Assembly (NCBI RefSeq): GCF_036321535.1
Contig: NC_087436.1
Coordinates: forward strand, 50,656,001 to 50,720,000
Reading direction: 5' to 3'
Length of the DNA stretch: 64,000 bases
Source of the DNA: Camelus dromedarius
Lineage: Eukaryota
A program made the position numbers and the translations under genes. The stretch's first letter is position 1; every line of letters begins with the position of its first letter. The notes below the pieces were generated by a model. The model saw nothing but the letters and a program-made list of their open reading frames with translations. It was not told the DNA's origin and made no database searches. Positions 13,101-28,100 of this stretch are shown here, in pieces.

Positions 13101-16100
13101 AAAAAAAGGTAAGTATATGGGTTATTCTCAACAAACATTGACTATAGACAAGAAACAATAATTAAACAATAAATTAAACAATAATCGGGGGGGGTAATTA
13201 TGTTATTTATTTATTTATTTTAACAGAGGCACTGGGGATTGAACCCAGGATCTCGTGCATGCTAAGCACACATTCTACCACTGAGCAGTAATGTTTAATT
13301 CCAGGGAGAACTAAAATACTGGCATGTAATTGTTCAGATATTCTTGTGTTCCTGTGAAAAGGATAAAGATAGCCACTGTTTCTCTTTTTATTAACTAGTG
13401 AATATTTATGGTAGAATTACAAGGAAAAATAAGGGAATGGTTAAAAAATATATTCAAGATAGTAGTTCCTTCTAGCAGTGTGAAAGGAGATGGGCATTGG
13501 GGTTATGAGAGGCATGTAGGTGAATTCACTGGTAATATCTTATTTCTTAAGATGGTTGGTGATTACCCAGTTCATATTACATGTTCTTTAAAACTTACAC
13601 AGGGTTATAAATATTTGTATATGTATTCAATATTTATTTTTTTAATGTTTCGATTATATTACAACCAGAGTATGACAACTTGTTGGTAGAAACTAGTTTT
13701 CCTGGTTTATTTCAGTTACCATGGTCGTTCTTCTATGGGCTGTTGTTTGGTCAATTACCGGCAGTGAATGTCTTCCTGGAGGAAACCTATTTGGAATTAT
13801 AATCCTATTCTATTGTTCCATCTTTGGAGGTAAACTTTTTGGGCTCATTAAGTTACCTACGTTACCTCCTCTGCCTCCTCTTCTGGGTAAGTGCTAAACA
13901 CTTCTTGTTTTCTTTAGAGGTAAATCATATTTTTAAAACAATAGTTTGGAAAGCTTTCAGAAATAAATATAAACTATTTCTATATTTGCTGTACTAGAGC
14001 CAAAGCCAGTTGTTGAATTTTAAATTCAGTGAGCCAGTGTTAAATTTTAAGTTCAGTGTTGTTAAAGTGATTTTTTTAAATTAAATTATATATTCTTAAA
14101 ATTTTTAAGCTTGCATTAAAAACAAGAGCAGTGAATATTCGAAACTGATTACTTCCTAATTATTTTACTAAATTTTCCCCTTATCTGTGCTACTTCTATT
14201 ATGGATATAACATATAACGGTGTGCCTCTGGCGCTCTCTTCCTAAGTCCGCATTCAGTGACACCACATAGGTAGCTCAACGTCAGCCACAGTGGAAGTAT
14301 CTCTAAGGCAGAGATCAGCAAGTGCTGTACATCAGGCTTGATATATTGTTAGTCATTCACATCACTGACAAACGAGTTAAGTTCCAATGAGCATTTTTGT
14401 TGTTTCATTTTATCTTATTCCTTAACATAAAAATATCACCCAACATTCATGGTGACACTATACTTGCTCATCAGTGATGTGAGTGACTTCTTTGCTAAAC
14501 CAGATAGTAGTCAAGCAGTCATTTAAGGTCTAATTTTGTCAATTCGTGTTTGAACTTCAACCACAGTGGGTTATGGATACAGGAGTTGAGCAATGAAAAA
14601 CAATGAAAGCATTCTGTGAGAATCAACTGGCTATATAGAATTTATAGTGATGATTGTTGTACATCTGTGAACTGTATTCTAAACATTCTTTAGATCTGTA
14701 AAATTTATAATAAATATATAAATATAGATACACACACACTTTTTTTGGAGAGCCACTTGTTAAGCATTTACCAGGACACCTGGTATTATTGTTTTATCAT
14801 TCTTATTTTTTAAAATTTAGCCAAAAATCTTCTTCCAGAGGCTATGAGAACTGTTCAAACATGATACACATGAAAATTAGTCTTAAAACTGGGCATTGTG
14901 TCTTTAATATTTCTTCAAAGAATTCCATATTACAAAATTTTGATTTACCACTTTCCTTATACCACAAAAGGCATGTATCCATTTCTAACAGATGTATAAA
15001 TCATTAAGTTTTATTTTAAAATCACTTCCCTTTTACACATGCATGTATATTTGCACACATTTCCTGAGTTAAATTTTTTTGTTATTTTGTATTAATGAGG
15101 ACTGTCAGTATTGATTAACATAAACCAAAACTATTTGCTTTTGAATTTATGGTCAATAGTTGAAGCTAAATATAAAAAGAAGTCGAGTTATTTACATTTT
15201 ACTGTGTACTATTTCTTAATATATTTTTCAATTTTAGGTAAAACTAAAGTCATTTCGCTTAATTCATATTATTTATCATGAGCGCTTTTTGTTCTCTAAA
15301 GTATTAATTGGATTATTGTTAGAATGAGTTGTTGCAAAATATGCCTGTGAGCTGTGATAAATGGTTGGCAAACTACCTCTTTTTGTACATAAGGTACTAT
15401 TAGAACGTACCCGGGCTCACTGATCCACATATTGTGAGTGGCCGCTTTGGCACTACGGTGGCAGAGTTGAAAAGTTCTAAAAGAGACCCTGTGGCCCACA
15501 AAGCCTAAAATGTCTCTGGCCTTTGACAGAAAACACTTGCTGGCCTCTGTATCTAAATCAGTGCTTCTCAAGCTTTATTGTGCAGAAGAATGACCTTGGG
15601 ACCTTGTTAAAATTTAGCTGACTCTAATTGACTAGATCTGGGGGTGGGGCCTGAGTTTCTGCATTTCTCCTAAGCTCAAAGTCCACACTTTCCATAGCAA
15701 GATCGTAAGTTTTCAAACCTGGCTGCACATAGGAATCACCTCAAGAAGTTTTTTAAAAGCTGATGCTCAGAGATTCTGAATTAATTGTTGTGGCATATGC
15801 CCTGGGCATCAGAACTTTTAAAAGCTTCCCAGGTGATTCTAATATGCAATCTAAGTTGAGAGTGCTGTGCTGGACTTCAGTTATTAATTATTCTAATCTC
15901 ATTTTTTCTTGCATATTAAAACCTTTTCTTAACTCCTCTAATTTATTATCAGTTTTTTAATTTTGTAATTAAAAGTTTAACCTCATTCCACCTAAGCACT
16001 AAGCAAAGAAACAAAAGATGGTTCCTAAGATTGTAGGGTAGTCTCTTTCACAGCTAAAGTGCCAAAACCTATTTTCTGTATTTGAAAACTTACTAAAGAG

Positions 16101-19100
16101 TTGTTTGACTTCTCCATTCTAGGCATGCTGCTTGCCGGGTTTCTCATCAGAAATATCCCTGTCGTCAGTGATAACGTGCAGGTCCAACACCAGTGGTCTT
16201 CTGCTCTGAGAAGCATAGCCCTGTCTGTCATATTGGTTCGCGCTGGCCTTGGGCTTGATTCAAATGTATGAAGTACAAATTTCTAATTATTGACTAGGAA
16301 TTTTGTTCCTTCACTCCTGCCGGTATTTAGAATCACTAAGCTTTAGGAAATGGAGTGGACACTGCATGACATTCACAAGAAAAGAATAGAATGTATTTCA
16401 TGCAGGACTATCCCTGGAAGATGTTCCCATTCTCTTTCTTGGAGAAAGGTGGAGGTACCATCTGGGGACAGCACCAAGAATAAAGGTCCCCCCTTTCTCT
16501 GACAGAAATGTAGGCTGGAGTTATAGATGTTGGTTGTGAGAGAGAAGATATCATATTTTTGGTGTGCACAGCCCTATGCAAGAGTTTGGAGATAACTATA
16601 CTGGCTCAGGAAACTGCCTAGTATGTAGAATGAGTCTTAAGTATGTGGTTTTGTAATGCTTTTTTTCATGTATGTTTTGAATGTGGGAATGAATGTTCTT
16701 GAGGATGGAGGTTTTCACCCAAGCCTCATTTGGGGGCCACAAATTATAAAGTTAAAACTGAGTGGGTTAAGTCAGCTAGTGTGGGAATTGTGAGCACAGA
16801 CTGTGGAATCAGACCGCCTGAGTGCAAACCTAGCTCCTCAGCTCACCAATGCCATGATCTTAGACAAATTACTTTAACTTGTACCTTTTTAGATAAGGAC
16901 ATCTACACAATGGGTGTAATAATATTACCCAAATCACAGGATGACTACAAGGACTAAATAAACTATCTCTAAAACACTTAGGACACTGGATGTTCTGAGT
17001 GGAGCATTCCTGGAAATTTTATGGTGCTCCAGATGTGGTCTGAATACAGAAGCAAAAGCATTTAATGTCATAATCTCTGCATGTCTTTAGAGCATTATTG
17101 TGGTATGTCTGTCTGTATATTTCAGGCCCTGAAGAAGTTGAAAGGTGTCTGTGTAAGATTATCCATGGGTCCTTGTCTCGTAGAGGCGTGCACATCTGCT
17201 GTTCTTGCCCACTTCCTCATGGGTTTACCGTGGCAATGGGGATTTCTGCTGGGGTAATGGTTTTTCTTTGTTGTATAAAAATATGCATAGACCTTTAGGG
17301 TTTCTCTGATTCCATACAAGAGAAAGTTGTAATAGCATTTTCTTAAGGATGTCAGAAAATACAACATAGATATTCCAGCATGATCTAGACACTGTAACTT
17401 CAAATTATAGTATATGTATATAGTATATGCCTAACTTTTGCAGATTATAATAATTTAAACTACTGGAAAATTAATGATCTTTTACCTATCCGTGATTCCA
17501 TGCCAGTGAGAGAAAAGCCAGATCTCACCTCAGTCTGCACAAAGGATAAGAAACACATCAATAGTGATCAACACCCAGCACTGTTTTCCTCCTTCTTCTG
17601 TCACCAGGCTGTTTGATTAGGTGGTTCTGCTGTCTATTCCTTCTACCATCAGTTCTTACTTCTAATGGTTAAGAGCCAGGAGAAGTAAATAAATGTGAAA
17701 GTACTTGGTAAGAATTTAATACTAATACGTAGGCAGGAAGTAAGAAGTTTTTCCCATGGGTAAGACTCTGGGGCTGTACTGCTTGGATTCAAATCCCAGC
17801 TCTATGACTTTGTGTTATGCGGTCTCTGGCAAATTATTTAATCTCTCTGTGCCTCAGTTTACTTATTTGCAAAACGAAGATAATGATTGTAGCTTTTTCA
17901 TGGGGTTGTTGTGAGAATTAAATTAGTTACCATATATAAAGTGCTTAAAACGGTGTTTGGAGCATAGTCAGCACTATAAAATGCTTTTTACTGTTACTGC
18001 TGCCATTATGAGTATCGCTGTCAGTTCATTATGGCCTTCTCCTTCTAATCTGTTGTCTTATTTTACATACCAGATCCTGATAAAAGGCCTACTGTCACTG
18101 GGTTCTAGTCCAGAAAGTCCGTGGCCATTTTTTTCAAACCTCATACCAGGAATGTTTTGTTTTGTTTTGTTTTTAAAAAGGCAGATTCCTGGGGCATAAC
18201 CCCGTTAGATCTTCTATGCCACCCATAAGTATATATTTTTAGGCAACTTAAGTAGTTCCAGTATAAGTTGTCCATGGTCACACTTTGAAAAATTGTTCTG
18301 TGGAATCTGCATGTGTTTACGTTTCTGGTTTGGTGCCTTGATGCCATCTGAAAGACTGGTTGTCTAAAGTGTAACCTTTAGAAGAGTAGAGGTTACTATA
18401 ATTTCAGTAATAGTAACAACGAGTAAGAGACTGACATATTTGCTCAAAGCACTGCCTGCTTAGTTTTGTTTTAGGTGCTGTATCTCCAGCTGTTGTGGTG
18501 CCTTCAATGCTCCTCTTGCAGGAAGGAGGCTACGGCGTTGAAAAGGGCGTCCCGACCTTACTCATGGCTGCTGGCAGCTTCGATGACATTCTGGCCATCA
18601 CTGGCTTCAACACCTGCCTGGGCATGGCGTTTTCCACAGGTAAACTGATCCGTTCACCACATGCTGTTCTCTTGCACTCTAGAGACATAGCTTATGACGT
18701 TACAAGCATGGCATATTTGCTTGATAATTGATTTAGGCAAGTTAAAATAGGGAAAGCACCTCCCAAGAGTTAGTTCCATACCTACGGAGGGCCTGGTAGC
18801 TTCCTGTCTTTCTTTACCCTCTAGGCATAGGCTGCCCAAACGGTCTGCTAAGTGCAGAAAGGGGAGATTCAAAGTGGCAACGTTTAAAAAAGGACTAAAA
18901 CAGCTCCTGCATGGAGACTCTGGGAAAGTTTAATCTGGAAGACTCCACAGAGGCCTGAGTAGGTTTTCCATGAGGACAGCGACAGAGAGCAGGCCAAGTG
19001 GCAGGAACAGCGCTCTTCTAAAATAGGAACAGTTTCTGCTCTCTCATCTTCAACGTTTTTTGTGTATGTACTGCAGGCGCTCAGGGCCTGGTAGGTTCAC

Positions 19101-22100
19101 GGATTCTGGCAGATGGAAGAACACTCTCAGAGCCGTAGGTATTCTGACGTGCCTTTATTCGCGGAGGAGTACAGGGGCTTCAATGGCCCCAGGTGGGGAA
19201 AAGCCCCGCCTGCCTTACGTATCAAGGCAGACGAAGCCAGCATCTAGCCAACTACGATAGGAGCTAACCAGTGCGCCTGCGTGGTGCAAGTCATGCTTAC
19301 ATAGCACCACACGGGTACTGCGCATGTGGGACAGTACAGCTGCGTCACTGGGCGCCTGATGTCCGGCGAGGGAGCCTGAGTGACTCCATTTTCCCTACAG
19401 GGTAATAGCAGCTATGATTTTAATGAGTACTTTTTAATACTTATGAAGTGTTTGATATGGGCACATTATGTTTTAAGTAATAATACTGAAAGAAGTTAAG
19501 GCATTTTTCTTCTCTTCCACGGTTATTCAACACTTTTACTCTCCTTTGGTGCAACATAAATTAAAGTTCGTTTTTTAATCTTCATCCACGGATGCAGATT
19601 AAATCACATATAGGTAAAAGATCATTACTTCTTCAGTAGTTTAAATTATTATAATCTGCAAAAGTTGGACATACACTATTGGGAGATAAGATTTGCAATT
19701 TCGTATTATTGACAAAAGGTAATGTAATTTAAATTTAGCTTCAGATTATTTAGTGGGGACACATCTTAGAAAGTCATGAATTTTTAGTCTCTCCACCCTG
19801 CTAAAGGTATTTTTTGATTATGCATGATTTCTGCTGATTACCTAGCACTTCACCTCTTCCCATCGCCCCAAAATTGCCTCATATCCAGCCCCTGCTGTGT
19901 CACTGGTGAATTAATCTTATCAAAATATGGCTTTTAAAATGTTACTTTCTTGTTCGAGATCCAATGAGGATCCCCGTTACCTATTAAGTCAAATCTACGC
20001 TTTTGTCATTTTTAATTCTGCTCTACCTATCCAACTACGTTCCTACTGTTTTCCTGGTATATACCTTTAAAATATTCTCAGCCTCAGCTGCACCCTAGAA
20101 TTACCTGGGGAATTTTTTAAAATACTCATGTAGGCACTACCTTAGACCGGTTAAATCAGAACCTCTGGGAATGGAAACCATGGCTTTACAGCAACATAGG
20201 GTTTGCATTATAATCACCTGGGATGAGAGCAGGCAAGGAAGAGGGTGTGCTGGAGTGCAGGCGTGGATAGCTTGAAGTACCTTCTCGGTCAGTAATGCTG
20301 TTTTCCTTCTGCCCTGCCCCACTAAATGCGGTCCTTAAGCCATTTGGATGGGAACTACCTGAAGCCTCTTTAAAAGGTGGATCCCAGGCCCTGCCAGATT
20401 TATTCAGTCAAAATTTTCAGAAGTGGGGCCCAAAAAGTCTTTTTAAAAAAAAACCAAACAAACAAACTTACTATATCAGAGACTGAAACCAATTAGCTCT
20501 TTTCTACACATTTGTTGTAAATTATTTACTGAAATAGCTGGAGACATAGGCCACTATCATATCTAGATGCTTTCAACAGTCACACCGGTACCTAAAAGAG
20601 AGCTGTCCTAGCTAAGTAAGATTACTACAGAGGTAATTATTGTTTTAAATAAGAGAAATGATTGAAACTGGAGGAGAGGGAAAACCGTTTCCTGTCTACC
20701 CATCTTAGGTTCATTGGCTGGGGCCCTGTAAATCAAACTGACCAAAGACATTAACAAGAGAAAAACAGTTTATTAGCATGTATGAGACGCTTACACTCAG
20801 GAGTACTCAGTGATGAGTGACTCGAAGGAGTGGTTAGAATTGGGGCTTATATAGCATTGTAGCAAAGAACAATAATTTTGTAGAGAAGTGCAAGGCAAAG
20901 GAAAAGGACTTTGAGCTTTTCAAGACAGCAAATTATGGAAAGGCAAATATATGAGCAAACTCTTGTTAAATGAGGTTTCAGCGGTTTGTTACATAGATTC
21001 CGCTAGTGCTGTCCCTGGGCCAATAACGGTTCCGGGTTGTCTCAGTGGTTAACTTCTGTCTTTCCTGATAGAGAGGGGAGAGGGCCAACTTTATAAATTT
21101 ATGTCCTACTTTAAAAAGCAAATAGGAAACAACAAGTTCCTACTGTAGAGCACAGGGAACTATATTCAATACCTTGTAATAGCCTATAATGAAAAAGAAT
21201 ATGAAAAGGAATATATACATATATATGTGTGTGTGTGTGTGTGTGTGTATAACTGAATCACTGTGCTGTACTCCAGAAATTAATACATTGTAAACTGACT
21301 ATACTTCAATAAAAAAAAAAATAATGAATAAAAAATAGGTAAAAGCAAATAGGGAGAAGGCAGAGAACTTATCTTGTATCTGTTTCTTCTCAATTGCCTT
21401 CAGATCAAAATAATCTTTATGCCACAGTGGCATAGTTTGGGGTGACATATTTGGTACTCGAAACTACAATAACAAAAAAACCACGTAACTAGTTAGTACA
21501 TATTTTCTCAGAACTGTGTGTGAGGAAGGGCTTTATATGTTGAGTAGTTTTAATATAATTTTCTGCACAATGTGCTAACAAAGATTTTTTTAATTAACGT
21601 TTCCTAAATTCTGTTTGCTATGGGGAAAAATACAGTTTACTTATCTCTCTATTATGATATTTCAAAAAAGCTAAGCAACAAATAAAGACTTTTCTAAGAG
21701 CAATTTCAAAAATAGTTTATTTTAAGATTTAATCTTAGAAATAGCATTTGAGAAGGGGTAAGTCCCCTGCATTCATTGTAGTAAGATAAGATTCTTGACT
21801 TTAATTACCAAATTCTTAAGTTACTCTATTCTATACCTATTAGAGCTACTAAAATCAGCATACATTTATTATTAACAAATTAAGCTCTTATATGGCAATT
21901 TGAACACTAGATCTGTCTACTTACCCAGCATATAATACAGTAGAACAAATTAAATCTGATTCATGAATTTTATCTTTCATATTATATTTTAGTAAATAAT
22001 AAAGTAAATTTATACTAAAGTAAACATAGAAAACAGTGCACAAATCATAGCTTGTGCCTGGTTTGAAATTTATTCCAGTAATATGCGTACCTTTCTCAAT

Positions 22101-25100
22101 GTAGGCCCATTTTACTTGACATTTTAAGTCACATATATTTAAGAATGTAGAGAGCAGGAAATATCTGTGAACTTTTCTATATAATTAGATGCTTTTTGTT
22201 GATGATTAAAGTCTGTATATTTATGCAATTAGGATTCCGTATGAAGTTTTTCTTTTTATGTATTTTTTAGGCTCCACAGTTTTTAATGTCCTCAAGGGAG
22301 TTTTGGAAGTGATCATTGGTATGGCGGCTGGATTGCTTCTCGGATTTTTTATTCGGTATTTTCCAAGCGGTGACCAGGTAAGAGAAATCTGTGAGAAAGT
22401 CGTGCTCTAAAATGTCACTGGAAAAACGTTCTGGAACACTCCCCTGAAAGCTAATGTGAAGGATGTGATTTAGAAAACAACCCCCCATTTTAAAACCGCT
22501 TATTGCAGTATCGATGCTGTCCATGAGATTTATAAAGGGAGCTGGATGTATAAGATTTTAATGCAGCCTGGGAATTTTTTTCTCTAATTTATATTCTATA
22601 TACTTCAAATTTCACTGTAAAACAAATAACATCAATTCTTGAATAATATGATGCATCTTTTTATTTATTAATTTTTAATTATTATTTGTAATACTCAACT
22701 AAATCAAGATATAAAATGGCTCATTGGGCCCCCTTTTTTAGAATCAAAATACCCCAGATTCTAATACTATCAAATAGATAGACCTTAACATTTCATTATA
22801 ATGTAGTCCAGTATTTCTCACTAAAGATATCAAAGTTCTTTATTGTATACAATGATTTCTTAATAAGAAGCAAAGGTTTTGTTTTCTTTTACCCTTCTAA
22901 GTCTCTTAGAATAGGTAAATATATAAAAGTCTTTTTTCCCCTTTAATAATTGGCATTATTTTGAGATTTCAGAGCATTTTGAATGCAACTAGAAGCTTAA
23001 CTAAAGTAGAACATTATCACAATGTATGTTGCTTTGAATTTTTATTGTGCTCCAAAAACTCCAAGTGAAATTGTCTGTGAAAGATTTTATGAATATGTGA
23101 AAGAAAATTATAGGATTTTCTAATTAAGCAACAAAATAAAGAGAAAAATGATGGCTCACAGTTTGTTTCTTACTATGTATTAGATGATGTGGTAAGTACA
23201 GTGGTTCAGTATAGCAGCCACTAGCTACTCGTGGCCATTGCAGATATAGAAACTTCCGCCATCACTGAATGTTCATTCTGTTGGGAAGTGCTAATCCAGT
23301 CCAATCCACACAATAGCACATGAAGAGAGTACTCTTAATATGATCATTTACCAATGAAGAAATTGAGGCTTAGGGAGAAGTGACTTACACAAGGTCACAT
23401 AGCTGGAAAGCCATGAAGCTGGGAATGGACTTGGGTAACCCAATGGCAGAGCTTGCATGCCTCCAAGCCAAATACTTCTAAAGGCCTGCCTGCCTTCTAA
23501 AAGGATCAAGAAGTTTAAAAGGCTGAACAGGGAAAAGTAAAGGGAGAGAGGTGCACATTTCTTAGACTAAAAATCAGCGACAGCAAAAAACTACTGTCAG
23601 CCTACAGCCTCTTAAAGCTTCTTGGTGTTTTCAAGGATTTAGAAAGAAAAACCAGGAGAGCATCACATTAAAGAATAAACAAAGAGCCTAAAAATAATGG
23701 AGATATTACATCTTTAGCCTTCTTAAAATCCCTGTGCTTTTGGAAAGGAAGAAAGCAAGCTTGAAGAGACTAATAATGTGTCCAACTACATACGCCAGTG
23801 GTGTAAAAGCTAGAAGTTAAGCTCTGGTCTGACCCCAAAGCCCGTGTGTATTTTTCTGCTGTTTCATTTAGCCCTGTGAACTTCTGCTTTGATAACAGCA
23901 GAGAAAAGTGACTGGTGTTTCTGGAAGAGAAAGTGACATTTGTGCATTTGTGCTAACTCTACTTTTATTAAGAAAAAGAAAGTAAATGTATGTCATGCAT
24001 TTATGTGCACAGACAGACATTTTTTATTTTCTACTAAGTCCTGAATATGGAAAAATCAACTGATTAAAAATCTTTTGCATGAAATAATTGAGCTAACCAA
24101 CCTCTTTTCTCCTCAAGGACAAACTGGTGTGGAAGAGAGCATTCCTTATCTTGGGGCTGTCTGTGCTGGCTGTGTTCAGCAGCACGTATTTTGGTTTCCC
24201 TGGATCAGGAGGACTGTGCACGTTGGTCATGGCTTTCCTTGCAGGCAAGGGATGGGCCAGCCAAAAGGTGAATTCATTTAAAATTTTTCTGCTTATGAGT
24301 ACTTTCTGATTAGGTTAATTTTTTCTTTCCAGATAGTTTCTTAACGTCAAATTAAAAAAGTTATTTAATCATAAAAGCTATTGTCTATGCATTAAGGGTA
24401 TGCCCAAGTGCACACACGCACATCCTTTCCTCCTTACATGCCAACCTACAACTCGGTGTCTCCACCTAAAACATATCATGGTCCTATTTCCATGCTGCCT
24501 TCCTTATTCTTTGAAAGGGCTGCAGAGTATTGCATTGAATAGCTCTGCTATACTGTTTAATCAGTCTCCTACTAATAGACATTAGATTGTTTCTAATTTT
24601 CTGCTAAGACAAAGTGCTTCAATAAAATGCCCTTATATATACTGTATTTCATAAGCTCTAAATACTGTTAAGTCGAAGAAGCACTATTATTTTACATGCC
24701 ACCAAGAAGGAAAAAGAATGCTGCCAATTAAATTATGATGTAACATCCTAATTTCAGAAATATTAAATTGTGAAAAAAATTAATTATAGCGTATCATTGA
24801 GTTTGTAAGATACATTTTCTAGAAATAGGATTGCTCTACTGAAGATGTAGATCAATGTGTGTGCATTGATACTTTTGCTAATATCGGTTTGCCTTTTTAA
24901 TTCTCACCAACACTATGGGAGAGGATTTGCTTTTCTGATCTGAGTGTTTTCAGTCTTCAGGTATTTTGCTAATCTTATGTGTGAAAAATGTACGTCATTG
25001 CTGATCTGATCTGCGTTTCTTTGTGAATGAAGCTAATCATCTTTGTATGTGTTTACTAGCCAGTTTGTTCAAAAGCCTGTGCCCATTTTTTATGAGATTG

Positions 25101-28100
25101 TTTGATTTTTCTTACCAATTTTCAAGATCATTAAGATTATCCATTTTCTTAGGATGTATTATGGAAATTAGCTGGTTGCCATTTATTTATTTTAATTTCA
25201 AGATACATTAGAACTTGACAGGATCATATGCTGTTCTGCTTAATGAAGAAATTAGGTGTATGTGACCTAAACTAAATGCAGATATGTCATTTTGGAAAAC
25301 CTGAAGACCACTGCTCAAAATAATTAAGCTTAATATAATGTCATATAGAAACATTGTGAGGGTTATAAATTTTGAGATTAAGTATGTAATCATATTTAAT
25401 TATGTGACGCTCTGCAGAGATACAATAGAGACAGAATTTCCTTGTGGGTAAACAGCATTCAGGTAGGAGGCTCTTGTTCTCTAAGAGTGCGATTATCAAC
25501 TTAGAGCAAGTATAATCGTGACCCGTCTTGCTTTAGCAAAGGGAGGGATTGGTAGGAGCTGCCTTGTAGGGGCAGGGTAGGGGCTCCCATTTCTTACACA
25601 AGGGGAGCCTTGTGTAGGAAAGGGTACTGAAGCCAGAGGAAAGTGGGCTGAGATGGATTGGGCTTTGAGGGAAAAGAGAGAGTCCTTTTGAAACCCTGCT
25701 CTAGGCACCAGATGGGCACCTAGGTTTGCTGCCCTGTCAGGAGGCTTGACTATAATGCTTGTTTCAGGTCTACTCTTTTTTTCAGCGTCACGTATATTAT
25801 TCAATTCTACTTCCTGATTTCAAATAATGTAGCATTCTGACAAGAAAAAGGCTAAAAAGTAAATGAACTTCCTCGTATAAATCGGGTACTCTTATCGTCC
25901 CTCATCTCTCATAACTATTTGCTCTTATTAAACCTTTGTTTTTACGTGGCTTCACTTATTTCCACAAAGGAAACTTTGAAAAAGTATTATCATTTCCATT
26001 TTATAGAGACTGTAAATCAGGAGAACTTAAAAAACATGTCCAAGGTCACAAAATTAGAAATTGGCACTGGGATTTAAGCTCACATTTGACTCGAGTGACT
26101 TGTACTACCCTGTAACACAACTGTAGCATTATTGTACAGGGCACATTTTTATATTTTGACATCTATTTGAGTAAGCCATATCAAGTATACTAAAAACATT
26201 ATACTTCTAAACTTTGCCATTTAAAATTAAGTCTCAAAATTTGTAAATGATAGGATTTTAAAAAACAGTGAAGAGGAAGCCATATCATTTGGAATAGCAT
26301 AAAAGAGTAGTTTTAGCAACAGGAAATCAAGGGGGACACTAATCTCCATGCAAGTGGGGATTAGCTGTGGGCACAGAAAGACAAAGAAAGGAAACTTTGA
26401 TGAATTTCAATGACACTGTTCTGTAGAATATAATGTAGGTTGTACAGAAAAGATTGTTGTAAACCAAAACAAAGCAGCTGTTTGTCTGCATTTGTCATAA
26501 CTTTGCCTGAATTGCCTGCACCCTGACTGATTACGTAGAAGGTCAATGTAATCCACAACCCAGAGAAAAAGCTAAGTACATTGGTTTTCATATTTACCTC
26601 TGGCTACTCTCCTGTGTATATCTCTTTATACACACACACATGCACACACACACACACGGATGCCCCATAATTTTTTTAAACCATTCCCTTATAATTAAAT
26701 ATGTAGTTTATTTTCAGTCTCTGCTATTTTTAATTATGCTAAAATACATTTTCTAATCATTTCCTTAGGACATGATTCAGTGAAAATTTGGAGTCAGATA
26801 ACAACATTTTGAGTTTTTTTGCCACATGTTACCAAACAGCTCTCTAGAGTTGTATCCATTTACTTTCTACCAGTAATATATGAGGTACCTATGTCATTAC
26901 ACCCTCATCAGCTTAGAATAGTTTCTCAAACTTGAGCATACGTCAGAATCACCTGTAAATCTTGTTAAATTAGATTTCTGGTTCCTGCTCCCAAATTTCT
27001 GGTTTAGTTAGACTATGATGGGGCTTGAGGATTTGCACCTCTGCAGTTCCCAGGTAATTCTAATTCTGCTGATCTGGGGACCACACATTGTGAACCACTG
27101 GCTTAGAAGATTATTGTTTTTACTCTAGCCATACTGAGAGGTAAAAAGTGGTATCTTGTTTTCTTTTATACTTCTTTGATTAATAATAAATCAAACACAT
27201 TTTCATACACTTAACCATTTGTTTGGGTTTTTTTATTGTTCTTTGATAGGTCTTTTTCCATTATCTTCTGAACTTTAATTGATTGATTATTGATCTGTAG
27301 GATACATACATATATCTATATACACACATTTACATATATGAAATTAGCTTTTTATGCCTTTTTATATTCTTTTCAATTTTACACACTAATATGTACTTTC
27401 ATGTGATCAGAACTATGAATCTCTTTTTAGGATCTTTTCTCAATAGTTTTTTTTTCCTTAAAGTTCTCTTTGCTAGTGAAATTTTATATATGTTTTTTAC
27501 TCTATACAGTAACCTTGAAAGGTAGATATCAAACCATTTTACAAATGAGGACACTAAGACCTTAGAGATGCTAGACAGATTGCCTAAGGTCACAAAGCCA
27601 GTAGGTGGCCAACCCAGGATGAGAACATACCATTTGAATGTATCAAAATGGTTCCCTAAAAAAAGGACGGAAAATGAATCTTCACTGAATTAACTATGTG
27701 GCAGGCACTCTCCATATCTTTTCTAATTTAGTACTTCCAGAGTCGCCAAACCAACATGTCCAGATTTTGGATTTCTTTTTTTTTTCCTCGTTCTGTTGTA
27801 TAGCGTCAGGTCAAGAGCTCAGACAGCTTGAGCTAACCTCCAGTCTACAATTTAGTAGCTATATGACCACATGCAAGTTATCTAACTTCTCAGTCATCGA
27901 TCTCTTTATCTCTCAAGTGGGGAGTGATAATAGCCAGAATTTCATAGAGTGGAGGATTAAGTGAAATAATCTCTATAAAGCAAAGTCCTTAGTCATAGAA
28001 TACACTCAGTGAATAATAGCCCTTATTATTTTTATAACTACCTCCAGAGCAGTACATAATAAAAAGCACAAAATTTAAGATAGGAATACTGGGATTCCAA

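Larger units (their letters stand above)
10540..13645 (+). mobile_element. Ancient L1ME/HAL1-like element, interrupted at ~11895-13005 and by a SINE
   Basis: A-rich degenerate ORF1-like sequence 11160-11890, resuming at ~13006 (ctaaagga..acttcagg); L1ME-type 3' end 13400-13645. Confidence 0.6.

Noticed and set aside
16263..16271. Weak donor AAT|gtatga (Asn where human has Lys)
   Set aside because: As recalled, bovid NHA2 also has Asn here; frame and exon length are normal
24247..24249. Lys376 at the end of a TM segment
   Set aside because: The position appears tolerant; basic residues occur here or adjacent in other NHA sequences as recalled
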